Assembly: GCA_965285935.1 (NCBI GenBank)
Contig: OZ260667.1
Coordinates: 45,136,001-45,200,000, forward strand
Direction of reading: 5' to 3'
DNA from: Ophelia neglecta
Lineage: Eukaryota
DNA: 64,000 nt
The notes under the pieces were generated by a model, which ran no database searches, was not told where the DNA came from, and worked only from the letters and a program-made list of their open reading frames with translations. The position numbers were made by a program, and so were the translations under genes. Each line of letters begins with the position of its first letter. Within the stretch, counting starts at the first letter, position 1. Positions 1-14,492 of the stretch are shown in pieces.

Positions 1-3000
1 GGTGCCCTGATACTGCGAGAGCCACTCAAAACACGCCTGGCGTTGGAGGGAGCTGCGGCGGCTGTTGGCATTGTGGGTGTCCTCCACCAGGGAGCTGCTG
101 CGTTTGAAGACCGTCTGCTTCTCATCCTCTTGTGGGTCGCTGGAGCTGGTGGTGCGAGTCATTCTCTTTGTCTTGTTGATCATGCTATTCATGAACATTG
201 TACTTGAGACCATCGCCGGCAGTGACATATGGGCCTTTTCCATGGCTAGGAGAGATGCATTTCTGTTATATTCATGGGCCTGAGAAATTAAAGGATCAGA
301 CGAAGACTCAGAACTTACAGTAGTATGAACGCTCTCATCACTCGACGTCTCTTGATCGACATGATTTGACCAAGAACCAACAATATTTGCCAAGCCTCTT
401 GCCTTTAGTTTTTTAGTCTTGTCATTCAGTCTGTTGATAGTTGCGTCTAGTGCTCTGCGGCCTACATAAGGTAATGAAGTTTTTCTAGGCACAGTGTCTG
501 CCGCTGTCTTGTCTTTGACTGGTATGTCCATATTAGGAATACTAACATCCTGGCTGATGCTGCGATCGAAGTTAACACTACTCTGTTCACTTAGGGATCT
601 CATTGTCATCTTACACTTCTGACACAGGAATTTGTACGAGTCTACAAACGGCTGAAATAGGACTGTGAGCTTTGAGGCAGTAGAGTCAGTGTGATCGGAG
701 TCAGCATGGCTGCCATCAGTTTGGCAACCTTCGCTGAGATAATATAACATAGGCTCAAAGTCGGTAGTGCTCTGACTATCCAGCGCCATATAGGTCTGTG
801 TAGACATATCTTGACTGTCCGTCTGGTGCCTGGGTGTGCCATAAGGATTGGCTGGTCCTGCAGCCCCCATGGGAGGGTCATACTGAGTACCACAGTCACT
901 CACCACACACATGTGATCAGGCAGCGAGGCCAGGCAATGGTCAATGTCAGCAGGTTGAAACATGAGAGGAGAGAGCCTACCGTCGTCAGCCTGTACCTCC
1001 TCAGTGTGGACACTGGCCGCCGTCCTGTCGCTCGCCCTCCAGTCGCTCGCCCTCTCCTCCCCTGAGGAGCCCGAGGCAGTCTCACTACCTGACCTGGACA
1101 CCCTATCCAGACCATTCCCATCATCTACAATCATCACTAGCGGACTCGGGCAGAGTTCATTCGTACACATCACAGGATCCTCTTTTAGCTCTGTCTCATC
1201 AGGTGTCGCCTCTGGTATACAGTCTACAAATGAATCATCATTATCTATGGTGGGTGTATTTAAAACAACAGACCCTACGTTCAGATCTCCATCAGTGTTC
1301 GTTGTGGACATGCTGTCCTCTGATATTAAACGAAGCATGGCAGTGGGGCAGTGTTCACTCTTTTTGTCCTCGCTGCTGCTATTCTCAGCAGAGCTCTGAC
1401 TTGACTCTAAGCTATCATTTGTGTTATCCAGCTGCTCCATCTCAATGACTGTGACAGGAGAGACTGGCACAGGAGAGTTGGCAATGGGCAAGCCAAGGGA
1501 AATGGGAGGTGGAACACACAGACTGTCTCCATCCCCGGAGGGCCTGGGAGAAGGGGAGCGGGACACACTATCATCACAATCACTGAGCACCACAGACATG
1601 AGGGCAGGTTCTGGAGCTCTAGACTGCATGGACTCAAACCCATTGTCATCACTCCCAAAATAACTGACATCGTCAACTAAGCTGGAATCCTGGTGGTTCA
1701 CTTCGGGAGCTGTCATTATTTCGGCGACCTCTAAACTAGCAGAGGACCGAGAATCGAGTGCTGCTCTGCCGTTGTTGCTCACTACAATCATGGGTATGGG
1801 TACCACTGGGGAAGTTATAGATGTCACATGCTCTTCACCCACTTTTCCATCTAACATGCGATGAAGATCGTCTATATCCTGACTTCTCCTGTACAGCAAT
1901 TTGAAACATTCGGTAGACTCGATATCACTGTCCCCCTCTGAGATATCACTGACCACACTTGACCTGGAGCTGAACGGCCCACTATCAGAGCTGGTACAGG
2001 AGTGGTGACCATTTCTTTTGCTTCGCCTATCGCTGCTATGCTCTGACTTGGAGTCACTGTTCTGAGAAGAGCCACAAGATAGCCTCTCCTCTTCTTCCAG
2101 AAAAGCTTTGAGCTTTCCTCCTTTGCCCTTCTCTTCCTGATTGGGCAAGCATGCCAATTTCCCCTCCTCTTCTTCACTCAAAGTTTCAAGGCAAATTGGC
2201 AAAGATTTCTGGCGTGAGTTTGCAAATTGTTTGCGTTTCTTGAGAGACATTGCATCCACTTGGCCTGATCCATTTAAGATGCTTGCCTGTCTCTCAAGCA
2301 CATACTTTAATTGTTCTATGCTATCCTGACTTTCATAGCTTTCTCTTTTATTAAAGCTACTGTCTTTCTGAAAAAATGTTTTGGCATCCTGTTTCTTCTG
2401 GTCTTGGTGATATGAGAGTATGGTTGCCGAGCGTTTGAGCTTGGCACGTCTAGAAGGAGCTGAAGCTCTGCTGTTCACGTCTAACTTGTGTAAGAACTCA
2501 GACATATGATGACTCTTTCGCCTATACAGGGGAGTGGCTGGGCCTGAGGGGGGTCTTGAGCCAGAACCTGCATCAAAACTACTATAAATATCGGACACCT
2601 CCTCTGGCTCATAGCCACTCAGCCTGTCGCTTTGGGCCGTGATGACCTTTGAGAACCAATCTCTGGCAAATCTCTCTGGTAAGAAGCTATCATTGGCGCA
2701 GAAACCAAGATTCATCAGCATTTCTTCTGCAGTGACCATGCTCGGGAGTACAAAGGGTGCCTGCCCAAGCTTGTCTGAGTGAGAGGCGCTGGACATGCTA
2801 CTGGTATTGCTGTCCATGCTGGCTGTCCGGGTCATTCCAGCGATGCTGGAGTGTCGTCTGCCAATTGGATTGCTTATCCTGTCAGCTGCATGATGAGAAC
2901 CCATTGGCATTCTGGGAGGATGACTGTTCATCATGGCTGACATGGAGCTTCCTGTCGATTCTGTAGACGTTGTGATCGAACAGGATCTACCACGTCTCCT
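1..3000 (-). CDS. Giant internal exon (1000 codons, open to window edge) of a large spliced gene; Ser/acidic-rich, likely disordered protein with partial KRAP/ITPRID/TESPA1-like motif
   Basis: Acceptor ttattttgcag at 3001-3002. Hand translation from 3000 to 1 is stop-free (RRRGRSCSITTSTES...VTAEEMLMNLGFCANDSFLPERFARDW...RRSSLQRQACFEWLSQYQGT). Absent from the ORF track because there is no stop inside the window. Family assignment is weak. Confidence 0.9.
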
Positions 3001-3121
3001 CTGCAAAATAATTTGTGAATGGTTGAATTGAACTAAATAATGTCTTAAGTGTGATGGTCAGTACAATGAATGTATCTAATTTAACTGCATGCACAATACA
3101 CTAACAATCATGCCTATTTAC

Positions 3122-3917
3122 CTTATATTCCATGAGTTGGTCAAAGATGGTTCTATGTTCTGGGCTATAGAAGTCAGACGGCCTTCTGGAAGAAGAGTTA
3201 GTAGAACCACCATCATTGCTGTACTGACTGTGAGGAGTCTTGTGCCTAGAATGTACAAATGGCAAGTCCTCCTCACCCTCAGGAGCTATCAGATCACGAC
3301 CACGGCGAGAGGCCTTAGCCTTCATGTCTTTCCCACTAATGGAGGAGTCCATGGTGCTGCCACTTCTGGTAGACTGACCGTCAGATCCCTGCTCTCTGCC
3401 GCCATGATGGCTGTAATCATACTTGTTTCGCATTCTGACTTTCTCCCCTTGGAGTTTGTCAAACTCTTGCAGGTCATGATATGAGAGACCTCCAAACCCA
3501 GGCAGGTGGATTTCTTGCTCTAAATCATGGTGGCCTCCTAAATCCAAAGATTCCACCTCCTCAAAAGTCTCGTTGGACTGGCTAATGGAATGAGAGCCAG
3601 TGGACAAGGAGGACTTATCTGACTGGAAGGAAGGCTGGCTCTGTATGCGCCAGGAGGCTCGATGGCCCCGGCCAACAAATTGTCTCTCCATACTGTCCGC
3701 GCTGTATTCTTTAGAAGGATAGGGGTAGCTAGCCCCCACACTGCCGCTGAAGCTACTCGAGTCGGTGGTTGACAGAGAATGGTTGAGAGACTCAACCTCT
3801 TCAAATGTGGAGGCAGATGACGCACTAGAATGTTTTCTGCTAGGAACTTGTCTGCGTGCCATTTCTTCTTTCTCCCAAATTGCCGGAGGGAAATCAGAGT
3901 GTTGCATCCGGCGATGG
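3122..3917 (-). CDS. Coding exon (796 nt) of the large gene
   Basis: Matches ORF 3101-3907. Acceptor ttttgttctatgcag (3918-3919); donor AAG|gtaaat (3120-3121); phase 0 into the 3000 exon across a 121-nt intron. Confidence 0.9.
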
Positions 3918-5809
3918 CTGCATAGAACAAAATAAGATTAGCTAATGCAATATTTATACCATTATATAGTAGAAACAATGGTCTACCACTGTCATTGCAA
4001 CACCTGGCCCGGGTGTTAACCATATATTAACTCTTTGGTAATTAAAATACAAAACAACCAATGACCAACTGGGACTGAACTGACTGTGTATCTAGCTGAC
4101 TTAATAAGTCTTCTTTGTTGTGGGATGATGTTGGATATACCCTGGGATTTGGAAATGAAACTACAGGTAACCTGTCACATTGAATGCCTTTCAACAATAT
4201 CACTTCTTTTAAGCGCATAAAATGTTGGAAAAATCTGCTACAATAATTTCTAATAAGCGAGAATTTAACACTAACTATTAGTAATTTAGAGATAGTCATT
4301 TTGACCTTTAAGTAAATGTAAACTTATTAAGTAAAGTTATTTTAGGGGAGTCACTGTAAACATTGTATACCTATATCTAATTAAACTGTCATGGTAATTC
4401 TTTGTTAATAATCAAATCAATTTCAAGACGCCCTAGCCAGTTCGTAACTGTATGAAACAGTGATTAGGCCAACAAATTATAGTGATATTTTCCCTAGTGC
4501 AAAAGTCAGCATAAAAAATAGATTTAAATTCCAAAGGACGCACTTTCTACTAATTCCTGGCCCAGAAGTAAAATTCGATATACCGGTACATGTATATTAT
4601 CAAATTAATACTTGTTTCTGGACAAAATGAGCTTTGTTGTATCCATACTCAATATTCCCCCAAAAGATCTTCAATTAGAATTCTAACCGCATAAATCAAT
4701 ACTTATTGTCAAAATGTAGTTTCTAGACCCAATACCAGTGACATAACCTGGGTTTGTACATACTAGTATCTACAGGTGTGATCCCACCTGACAACATATC
4801 ATAAACACAATGGACATGAGTGTATCTAGAAACTTGTCACTGTCACCTGAACTTGAATCTCCTCACCAGCGTATAAAGCCACAACAATAAAAGGATGAGC
4901 TGCCTATAGTGTCAATCAATGAACTGATGCTGTCGGCCTACCATCAAGGTGTGTCCCAAACAATTCACAGCAGACATCCTTTTTTTATACACAAATGCCA
5001 ATCTTTTGACAAACTGTTCCATCCTTACTGATGAGAACTGTTTTTCCTGCAGTGTTTGCCAGGCCAGGCTATCAGTGTGATAACCAGCATGAGGCTGGCA
5101 CTCCACACTGTTAAGGTACAAGGACCACTGGGAGCTGACATGTGATAGAGTGCTACACACGCTTGCTGTGGTGTGCCACAGTAGCTGACAGCAGCTGTGT
5201 AGGGTGGGGCTGCTACCTTCTCTTATCCTCAGGTAGATCCAGGCTTATCACTTAAAAACACTGCAGCTACAAACTTGATAGGCATCTCAACCGTCATACA
5301 TCAATGACTGCCTCACAAATGTAAACAGCAACATTTATCAGATATCAATACAACACAATTTGCATATCTGACAAAAACCTGTTTAGATGTTTTCCAGGTG
5401 TTCTTGTCTTTACATGGTTTTACCTGAAGCACTGACTCGAGCTGTCGATCTGATCTCAGGATTAATAATACCTCTCTGTCACATCGCTATAAGCCATCTA
5501 TTATCAATCTACCTATTTCAATTAGAAGTCATAGCTTGTTAACAAATGTATCTATATTTCCACAAACACTTTGTAACAGTACCAAGAAGCAGGTTTGTCA
5601 TACCTTTCATATCCCTTTACTAACAGAGTGGTAATTTAATACAGGAATATAATATTTAACTTCACAGGGGTGAGCAGGAGTATGTCCTTGACAAGAGAGT
5701 TGATTATTTTTTGTTTCCCGTGACATTGAAGCCCACACCTCATACGTACAAGATTTCATTCCAATTATTTCATGAGCATCATGTCTTACATCTATGGGTT
5801 TGCCCGTGT

Positions 5810-6480
5810 CAACTAATAATTGACTGTATCTACTAACTATATCCACTAACCACTGACTATATGCACTAACCATTGACTGTATCCACTAATTATTTTGACT
5901 GCATCCACTAATCATTGACTGTATCCACTAAGTATTGACTACATTAACAAACCATTGACTGTATTCACTTACCACTGACTGTATTCACTAACTATGGACT
6001 GTGTCCACTAACTATTGACTACATCCACAAACCATTGACTGTATCCACAAACCGTTGACTGTATCCACTAATTATTTTGAATGTATCCACTAATCATTGA
6101 CTGTATCCACTAATCATGGACTATATCTACTAATCATTGATCACATCCTCAAACCATTGGATGTTTCCACTGATTTTAGACTGTATCCACTGATTAAAGA
6201 CTGTATCCACTAACCACTGATTGTGTCCACTAAACATTGACTGTATCCACTAACCATGGACTGTGTCCACTAACTATTGACTACATCCAAAAACCATTGA
6301 CTGTATTCACTAACCATTGACTGTATTCACTAAACATTGACTGTGTCCACTAACTATTGACTACATCCACACACCATTGAATGTATCCACAAATAACTGA
6401 CTATATTTAGTAACCATTGACTGTGTCCACTAACTATTGACTGTGCCCACTAATCATCAACTCTGCCCACTAATCATTGT
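5810..6480. repeat. Degenerate ~20-bp minisatellite (ACTAACCATTGACTGTATCC), ~33 units
   Basis: Direct reading of tandem units. Confidence 0.95.
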
Positions 6481-9400
6481 CTTTGTCATCAGCCTGTCAT
6501 CATTAATTTTAATCAAGCAATTTTCAGTCTAACTATATATTATGCCCTTATTAAAGTTTTAAACATACAACAATTAGTTGCAGGTCAATTGATGGCAATT
6601 GTGGCTTATTAAAAACTTTCCATGTAAAGAGAATAATAAAATATATCCAGTAAGTCAGATGATAACAAAACTTTTCAATGATTTGATGTTGACTTGCTGT
6701 AGAGCTGGACCCAGGGGTGTAGACTTTATGAGTTTTTACCAGGCCCAGCCCCCCATACTGCTCAGGAAACGCTATCTTACCCATGTAAGGCATACACGTG
6801 TACTGTGTGCGGGGTACCAGGCATCTTATATGACAGATTAGAATTTATCATATATTACAATTTCAAATAAATGTACTAACAATCCTTATGAACCATCACA
6901 TGTTCATGTTCATACAATCTTGCTTGATCTGTTGATATGATCACAGAGAGAAACAATTCTAGTCCCATATATATTGTATTAATATATTCTGTAATTTCCC
7001 TGATTGTTTCTGATTTAAAAGCTATTTCCAGATAGCGGTGATAATGCCTTCTAGATATCAGGCTAGTCATTAGTTGACTGCTCTTGCTATAATGTTTGAC
7101 AATCATAGCAATCTAGAGATCTATTCTATTTGTATTCATGCTAGTGGTGCTTTTTGCAATAAAAAAAAAAAAAATCTGTATGAAGAAAAATTAAACATGA
7201 AAAGCAGGTAATAAGAGCTACCAGCCCTTCATAAACAAGACAAGTTTCCCTGTACTGGCAAAGCAAAGCATTCTACCTGTGCAAAGCATTCTACCTCGCG
7301 GGTTGGGGAGGGATAGAAAAACCCACCAAACCATAACAATCCACCACTTGCGATAAACCAAATGAAAAACTCCAGCCTTTTTTTAATTCAAGATATTAAG
7401 GGTGCCCATATAAAAATGGAGGTTTGCAGGTTAATATGAATTTATGTTTATCTGGTAGAGGGAATGGGGGTGGGGGGGGGGGGGTAAAAGAATCAAAGGG
7501 GTCTTTGATAACAGGGGTCATAAAATTGACACAGTTTCTGTCAAGGGTGGAGGAGGGTAGTAAAATGTTCCCTGCCACTGCAGCAAGGATTTGAACCCCC
7601 CCCCCTCCCCTCCCCTCCACTCCCACACACACTTAACAATTACAACCTATTTAGCATATGATAAACCATCTGTTACAAATAGCTTTGTTTCTATGTAATT
7701 TCTGCTTGTTGATTTAGGTATTCTGATACTGTTGTTATATTGGGCTCAAAGTCTATTGATCAGCGTCAGTAAAGCCAGGGCATATCATGTGACAGAGACA
7801 CACTAATACCGGTAGTTCTGGCCACAGTGCTCCTTATATACAATGTCATTGATTCTTATTGACAGACTGTACTGTGTTTCTATCTAATGTTCTTCTGATA
7901 TTGTACATGTATGTGATAGATGTCTGGGAAGTATCACCCGGTGAGGACAGCTCACCTGATACAGAAATACAGTGGAAAATAAAACTAAGTCCTTCAGTAA
8001 TCATCATAAGAATAATTATTAACTGGGTGAAAAAAATAAAATGGCATGGAAATAAATGACCATGTAGAAAATGTAATATAATCAGCTTTAAGTACAAAAT
8101 AATCATTTTGTACTTTTAATTTCAATTATGCTGATTTATTAAAACACTGCTGAATGTAATATTTTTTTGGAAGATGTCATCTTCTGAATATTATTTTAGA
8201 CACCAACCCTTGGTATTCAATCATCAGATCATTGTTTGAGTCTAGTAAGGCAGTTATGAAGACAGTCCGCCATGTTTTATCAGATTACTCTGATTGCCAT
8301 GTTCATTAAATCAATACTCCATTGTCAGTGTACAACAATAAAACTATGGGTGTACGGACTATAATGTACAGGGTGGGGTCAGATCCACTACCTGACCTCC
8401 TGGATCATACCGGTAGACATAGTTCATGGCTGCTACAACATCCAGAGGCAGGTCTCTATAGTCACATAGTCTTATTGTTGTGAACAAATTTATTTTCTAA
8501 CGGGCAATATGTAACTCCTTCATATTACTTATATATGTGCCATGTTTTCTCTGCTGGTTAGCTGGTTAATTATGTGTTCAATCTGTGTCTAGTAGGTCTG
8601 GCATCGATAACAGTAATCACTTTAGCTGTGCTTTATAATACCGGGTTATTATTATCAAATACATTTTGTTTTCTCACTCAGATCATACTCGTACCTTAAA
8701 GATGGCTTTGACATTAGGCCAAAACTTAAATAAATTATAAAAAATTGTAATTGTAATTTAAATATGAATTTAACTTGTCGTGAAGGGGAGAAGAGGCCTA
8801 TAGTAACAGCAGGGATTCTACATGATAACTAATTTCAGGTGGCATTCCAGCCGATCTCGTTATCTGACTGCTACCAGTCGAACACATGGAATCACAGGCA
8901 ATACATGTAGTTATTCAACTGTTGTTATTACATCGTATAATATGTGCCCATGGGTTACTAGTTAGTTGTCAGTATTTTGCAAATAGATGGCTAAATTGAT
9001 AATCTATACTAATTTTCATTGTACAATATACCACCAAACCAGTAACAGCAACAACCAATAAAATTGGTTGGAAAATAACAGCATTTGGGTTCATTTTCTT
9101 TAAAGCTTGCTTCTCAAGTCAAATCATATAGCACTGGTCAGTTTCATTGCAAGCATTTTAACTTATGAAAGGTTCTTTACACATTGACTGGTATGTGAGA
9201 GAGAAGGACTCGCAACAACCCTAATGACTTGGGTGCACAGTCCAGTGGATCTGAATACACGAAGTCCAGCATTATGGAATATCTGGCCAGGAGAACTTAG
9301 TGTAGTAGTTAAAAATGATTTCAATACTGAGTCAAAGAGAGGTGATGAAGGCTCAGACCAGTACTAGCTGTTGGTATACTACTGGGCTAAGAAATAGTAG

Positions 9401-12400
9401 TATTTGTATGCCAGCGACCACACTCAGCTCTCAAGAGATGGAATAGTGAAAGACCCATGCATATATACATCTTTCTATTCTTTTAAGTCTGATGCAAAAC
9501 AAAGCTTATTATTAATACTCTCCTTTCACCAAAAAAATCATTTATGACAATCAAACCAGTTTTTAAATGAATTAACACACCAACATCTCAACTGGCCTTA
9601 AATTTGGACAACAACATAGGAACAGACTACCAAATACCATTTATAGACATTAAACATGTAAATAATGCAGATAACAAGACATTCTCTTCAATGGAGACAT
9701 ATGATATTACTGTGGAGCATAGTACTCCATGGAGTTTATTTTCCAATTTGTACTTGACAGCCTCCAGCACAATTGTTTTCAGGTGCCTTAAAAATTTAAA
9801 TGACATTGACTTTTCACCACAAAGGGGTATTTAATAAATGTGGAACACCCATATCCATATGTGGCTACCCAGTGAGCAGGAAAACAGCCACACTGTCTTA
9901 GTACTTGTATTAATACACAACCACTGGTCTAGAAGTATCCAGCTCAAGGCTATTGAGGGATATTTGAGCAGTTTGCAAAATGATCCTGGAAATATTTTTC
10001 TGACATTTCTGAAACAAGGACAACAAGGTAATGCACATGGACATATTTTGCAAACATTTCTATCATGTTTTTTCTGAGCCCTGATATAGACTCCCTGATA
10101 ACTAACCAAGATAACACTCAATGTTCAGCCCATTATCAGACAATGTGCCCTATAGAATCACAAAGGCTAGAGTTTTTCCTACTTTGTCATTAAATAACTT
10201 CTGATTGAATGTAACAACCATTTGATGTAAAACTAGGGACATGATAAAAATATCGCCCCCAGGCTAGCTGGGTAATGTAACTAAATGTGCAAGGCTTCCT
10301 TGAGATTAGCTGAAAATAATCAATCAAGACCCTAAGCCAAAGCTACCTTTGTAGGGCACAATACCTGGTCAGCGACCACACCCATCAGCATGGACATACT
10401 ACACAATGCTGAGGATTCTATCTGTCCTTTATTGACCATTTTATGACATACACATTCAGATGTCCTGAGCTCTGACCTCTTGTTTCAATCATTCACCTGT
10501 TTTCCTATCTCTCTTGATCTGCTTGGTCCTTGCACACTCAAGGCTACCTGTTCGTTACACATAATTCAGGTGACCGACCGCCAAGCTACCAAGTCGCTGA
10601 CCACACCCTTCAGCCGGTCAATGCTCTCTAGACAATGATAGGTCATTGTACATAATACTCTGTGTTTTGGGTATACCTACTTAGTCAATAAATCACTATT
10701 TTATCTAAATTTGTATTTATTAAACACTGTACATTGAGTTGCTCTAGTAGTGTCCCTGCTTAATAGTCATGCCATACTGCTCTATTAGAGCTGTATATAA
10801 TGATGTCATATTTTAATTTTAAATGTACCCCATTCATATACATCTACAACCATCTACAATATAATTCTACATGACATCCTTCCATGAGTAATCATGGCAC
10901 ATTTGAAATATAGCTTAACAGTCTTTTTAATGTGGCGTCATTTCATTCACTTTATTCATGAGGAATACACGACCATGGAACCATTTATTCTTGATGTCAA
11001 TCATTCTAAATCTTGAGTTGAGACTCATATTTTAAATTTAAAAAAAGTTCTGTATCCTCAATAATAGAGAATATATTACATTATATACATTTTTTAATAA
11101 AGCCCTTAATTTAATGCAGAACTGCATCCATCCATCAAAATAAACCTTTTTTTGTCCTTTTTTTGTATGTGATTAAAGTTAATTTCAATGCCAGAGCGTA
11201 ATACATGTACATTCCTTCATGTTATCACCTGTCTCTACCCCCCCCCCCTCCCCATCACAGCCAGAGAGCACTATTACATGTGCAATTCTTCCAAGTTATT
11301 AGCCATCACTCACCATTACAGCTCATACCTCCTATCAAAAGCCAGCTCTTTATCACCCTTGTTTTTTACCTAACCCCTCCTAATGTTGTTTCTTCTTCCC
11401 ACCCTCTAAGTCCACTGTTTTTGGGTCCCTTTTTCTGCTGGGAGGTCCCTCTATTCTTGGGTCCCATTTCCAGCTCTCAGGTAGAGCATACCTACCCCAA
11501 TGAGGGCACAGTACCCCCCTCCCACACCCCTCCAGGACCCAATCCCTCCACCCCTGCCAAATCCATGTCCCTAACCCTATATTCGTCACCCACCTGTCAT
11601 TATAATTAACCACATAAACGTAAGCCTACAACCTCCGCCCCTGACACAACCTGCTCTCTAAGCCACACACTTGAGAGTTGGGAAGGATGTGTCTGACATT
11701 TCACTATACATGAGATGTTAGGTTTATATATAATATACCTGTATTGGCTATTTAACCAGAGTTAACATACACAATATATACTACCACTATATAAAAACCA
11801 CACAGCCATCCTGCCACTTTCCACACAGTCACAGATTGATACCAGTCTCTCTGGTCTGGCTCAGACAGCATATCATTCAATTTGTGCTGCTATCAGATTT
11901 CACACTGGATTCCCTCTTATTATTTCATAGCTTTCTGCCGCCTACACTAGCATTATCTCTGTTTACAAAAAAAAAAAACATACATACTACGTATGCCAGG
12001 AGGAGTAGGAGGGGAGGGGGTCACTTCTATCATGGTTGTGGTGACTATCGTGAGCAATGGCGGCTCCTGACTCCAGTTAATGCTCAAGCAGCGGCCAAGT
12101 GATAGCAAGATATGTCAACATTTGTTTGCCTGACTATAGTTTGTTTTGTACAGGTAAATTTGGTCTGTATTGAATTATGACTGTCAGATACATGTGAGTG
12201 TTCACATGACTGTAACCAAAGGTATGTTTATGTTGTTTAAGTGGCTTTGGGCCTTTAATCTGTGGTGCCTGACTAGGGTGTTCACCAAACCCATATTTGA
12301 TTAGTAGGTCTGCAGCCAGGCGTTGCTATCTGTCCACATCTACATGTTCACCTGTAATACCCATCAATGTTATAATATAAACAGGCAAAAGGTCAGTGTA

Positions 12401-13341
12401 TTGACAGAAACATCAGACTATTGGCAGAAATAAAGCTTTCAGCTTTAAAACCATGGGGTTGTACTTCCTTATATATGGTAGGTGTACTTATTTCCTGTAA
12501 ACAGAAACCTCTATTTTGCTAACAAGACATAGCACAAAGGCCTTTTATTATCCGGCTCCAGCTCTGTATTTAGTTGAGTGTATGCTATAGTTTTCCTGGT
12601 TATCTTGCTGGTGTTTAGTAGTTAGCAACTTCTTTGTCCCTGATTTTCACTTTAATGGCTAACTTTCTATTGTTAATGTTTTGCTTTGTTCTAAAAGTCC
12701 AATGTAGGTACTTAGTGTTTTTTTCCATAGCAAATACCACTTCCATGCCCTTTCTTAGACATGTTTGCAAAATATCTGCTACCCTCTGCACCTTGTCCCA
12801 GAATCCCTCACAATTTGAAATGGGAGTGACCTCGTTATGTATATCCTGCCCCCCTCCCCCCCCCCCCCCCCCCATCAAAGATTTACCAATAATCATAAAC
12901 ACAAAAACTACTTTAGAAGTGAAGGCTCCCTTGTGCATACTACATCAGGTTTATAGATATTCCACTGATTAGCTGCTATAACTCAAGGTAAGGACTCAAA
13001 CCTGTTCATGTACCTGTAGTCACAAGCCAGCAATATCACAGTTTTAACAATTCATCACAATTTAACGGCCAGTCGGCACTCATGGCACGGCACGTAGGAT
13101 GAAGAGCTATACAAATAAAGGTATTTAGATACATCCAATCTGCCTAATACCATAGCAGCCATCGATAGAGCTGCCATAATTTTCCATATTATTACTGTTT
13201 CTGGTCAGTATGGATACTCATTACTAGCGCTAACCAGCTGATAACAACCTGGCAAATTGTTCCTTAATTTCTATTGCTGCTATGTATCAGTTATAAGTTT
13301 ACGTCACATACCACTGAATTGCAACAAGCTCACCTGTTCAG

Positions 13342-13522
13342 TACAAAAAAACTGCCATAATGACCACCTCTATATTTAGACCAACTGCAATTCAGACCAC
13401 TAATATAAAGAATATACTATAAACTGTAAGTGTAAAATAACCTGGCTAAACAGACCACCATCCAAAATCAGACCAGGATTTTCCAGTGCCTTTGGCGGTC
13501 TCTATTCACAGATGTCACAGTA
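13342..13522 (+). mobile_element. Degenerate ~180-bp MITE (Tc1/mariner-pogo-like non-autonomous family)
   Basis: Repeated GACCAC motifs; homologous in reverse orientation to 48379-48556 (shared aattcagaccact, agtgtaaaat.acct, ggtctc.a.tcacag). Confidence 0.6.
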
Positions 13523-14376
13523 GAATTAAATATAGAATAAATTATAAATGAGTGGTGAAGGATTTAACAATTTGATCACTTTTCTATCCCTTTTCCAAAT
13601 GAAGCTTTGCAATCATCAAAACACTCTTAGTGCCCTTTGATAACTAGTTCGCTAGGAAAGTAACATTTTAAGGATAGAAGGTATTTTCACACCTATTAAA
13701 CCTACCGGTAAACCTATATTTTTCCTAAATGTGAATTGAACTTGTTTACAGCAGAGATGTATAATCAAATATGCTTATACATATCAACTTTGTATGTACA
13801 TATTTGGTTACAGCAAATAAATAGCCTTGATATTAAATTGAATAGCACATTGGATTGACAGTGGTGACTTTTCTATTGTCTGATGGTGTGCACTAAGTGC
13901 CTCAAGTTTAAAATATAACTGATAATTTATATTAGTATATTCAAGTATCATGGCACAGAACAGGGCATAAAAACAGCTAGACCAATATCTTTTTTTTTTT
14001 TGGCATCACACCTGAAAGAATGTTTTTTAGAGTAGCATGCAAGGATCTCTAGGACCACAACAAAGCTCTTGACTTTTCCTGACAATTGCCATGGAAACAT
14101 AAGTCATTACTAGTGCTGGCCACTTATCATTATTCTAAGAAATTACAGGTAGCATGACTAGCAACTTTACAGAGGACCCTGCTGGTAATTTGTATACTGT
14201 TCCTTAGTGACTGACTATCACTTCTAGGAATAAATTGAGTTATAAATTTATGCTTATCCTTAGTTATCATCTTTTCTGACATGTATGAGGATGTAATAAC
14301 AATCAGTTATCATCAGTACTTGACAATTATTCCCATGCTGAATTTACTTGAATTGGTAATAAATTGGTGTACTCAC

Positions 14377-14492
14377 CGCTTGTATGCATAGGCATATCGT
14401 CGTTGTTTTGATGGTGGCAGGACATAATGTCCAGCGGTTTGGCCTCGATTGGCATAGAAGGCGACAGCATCCTGAAGCTGGGTGCTGAACAT
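14377..14492 (-). CDS. Candidate alternative first coding exon C
   Basis: atcATG after an in-frame stop; MFSTQLQDAVAFYANRGQTAGHYVLPPSKQRRYAYAYK then cg|gtgagt, phase 2, exactly the phase needed by the 3917 acceptor. Different frame from listed ORF 14327-14524. Confidence 0.65.

Noticed and set aside
65-3484. Numerous short plus-strand and off-frame ORFs
   Set aside because: Shadows of the long minus-strand coding exons.
5810-6480. CRISPR-like array
   Set aside because: Contiguous degenerate units with no unique spacers, no cas genes, and a eukaryotic intron context.
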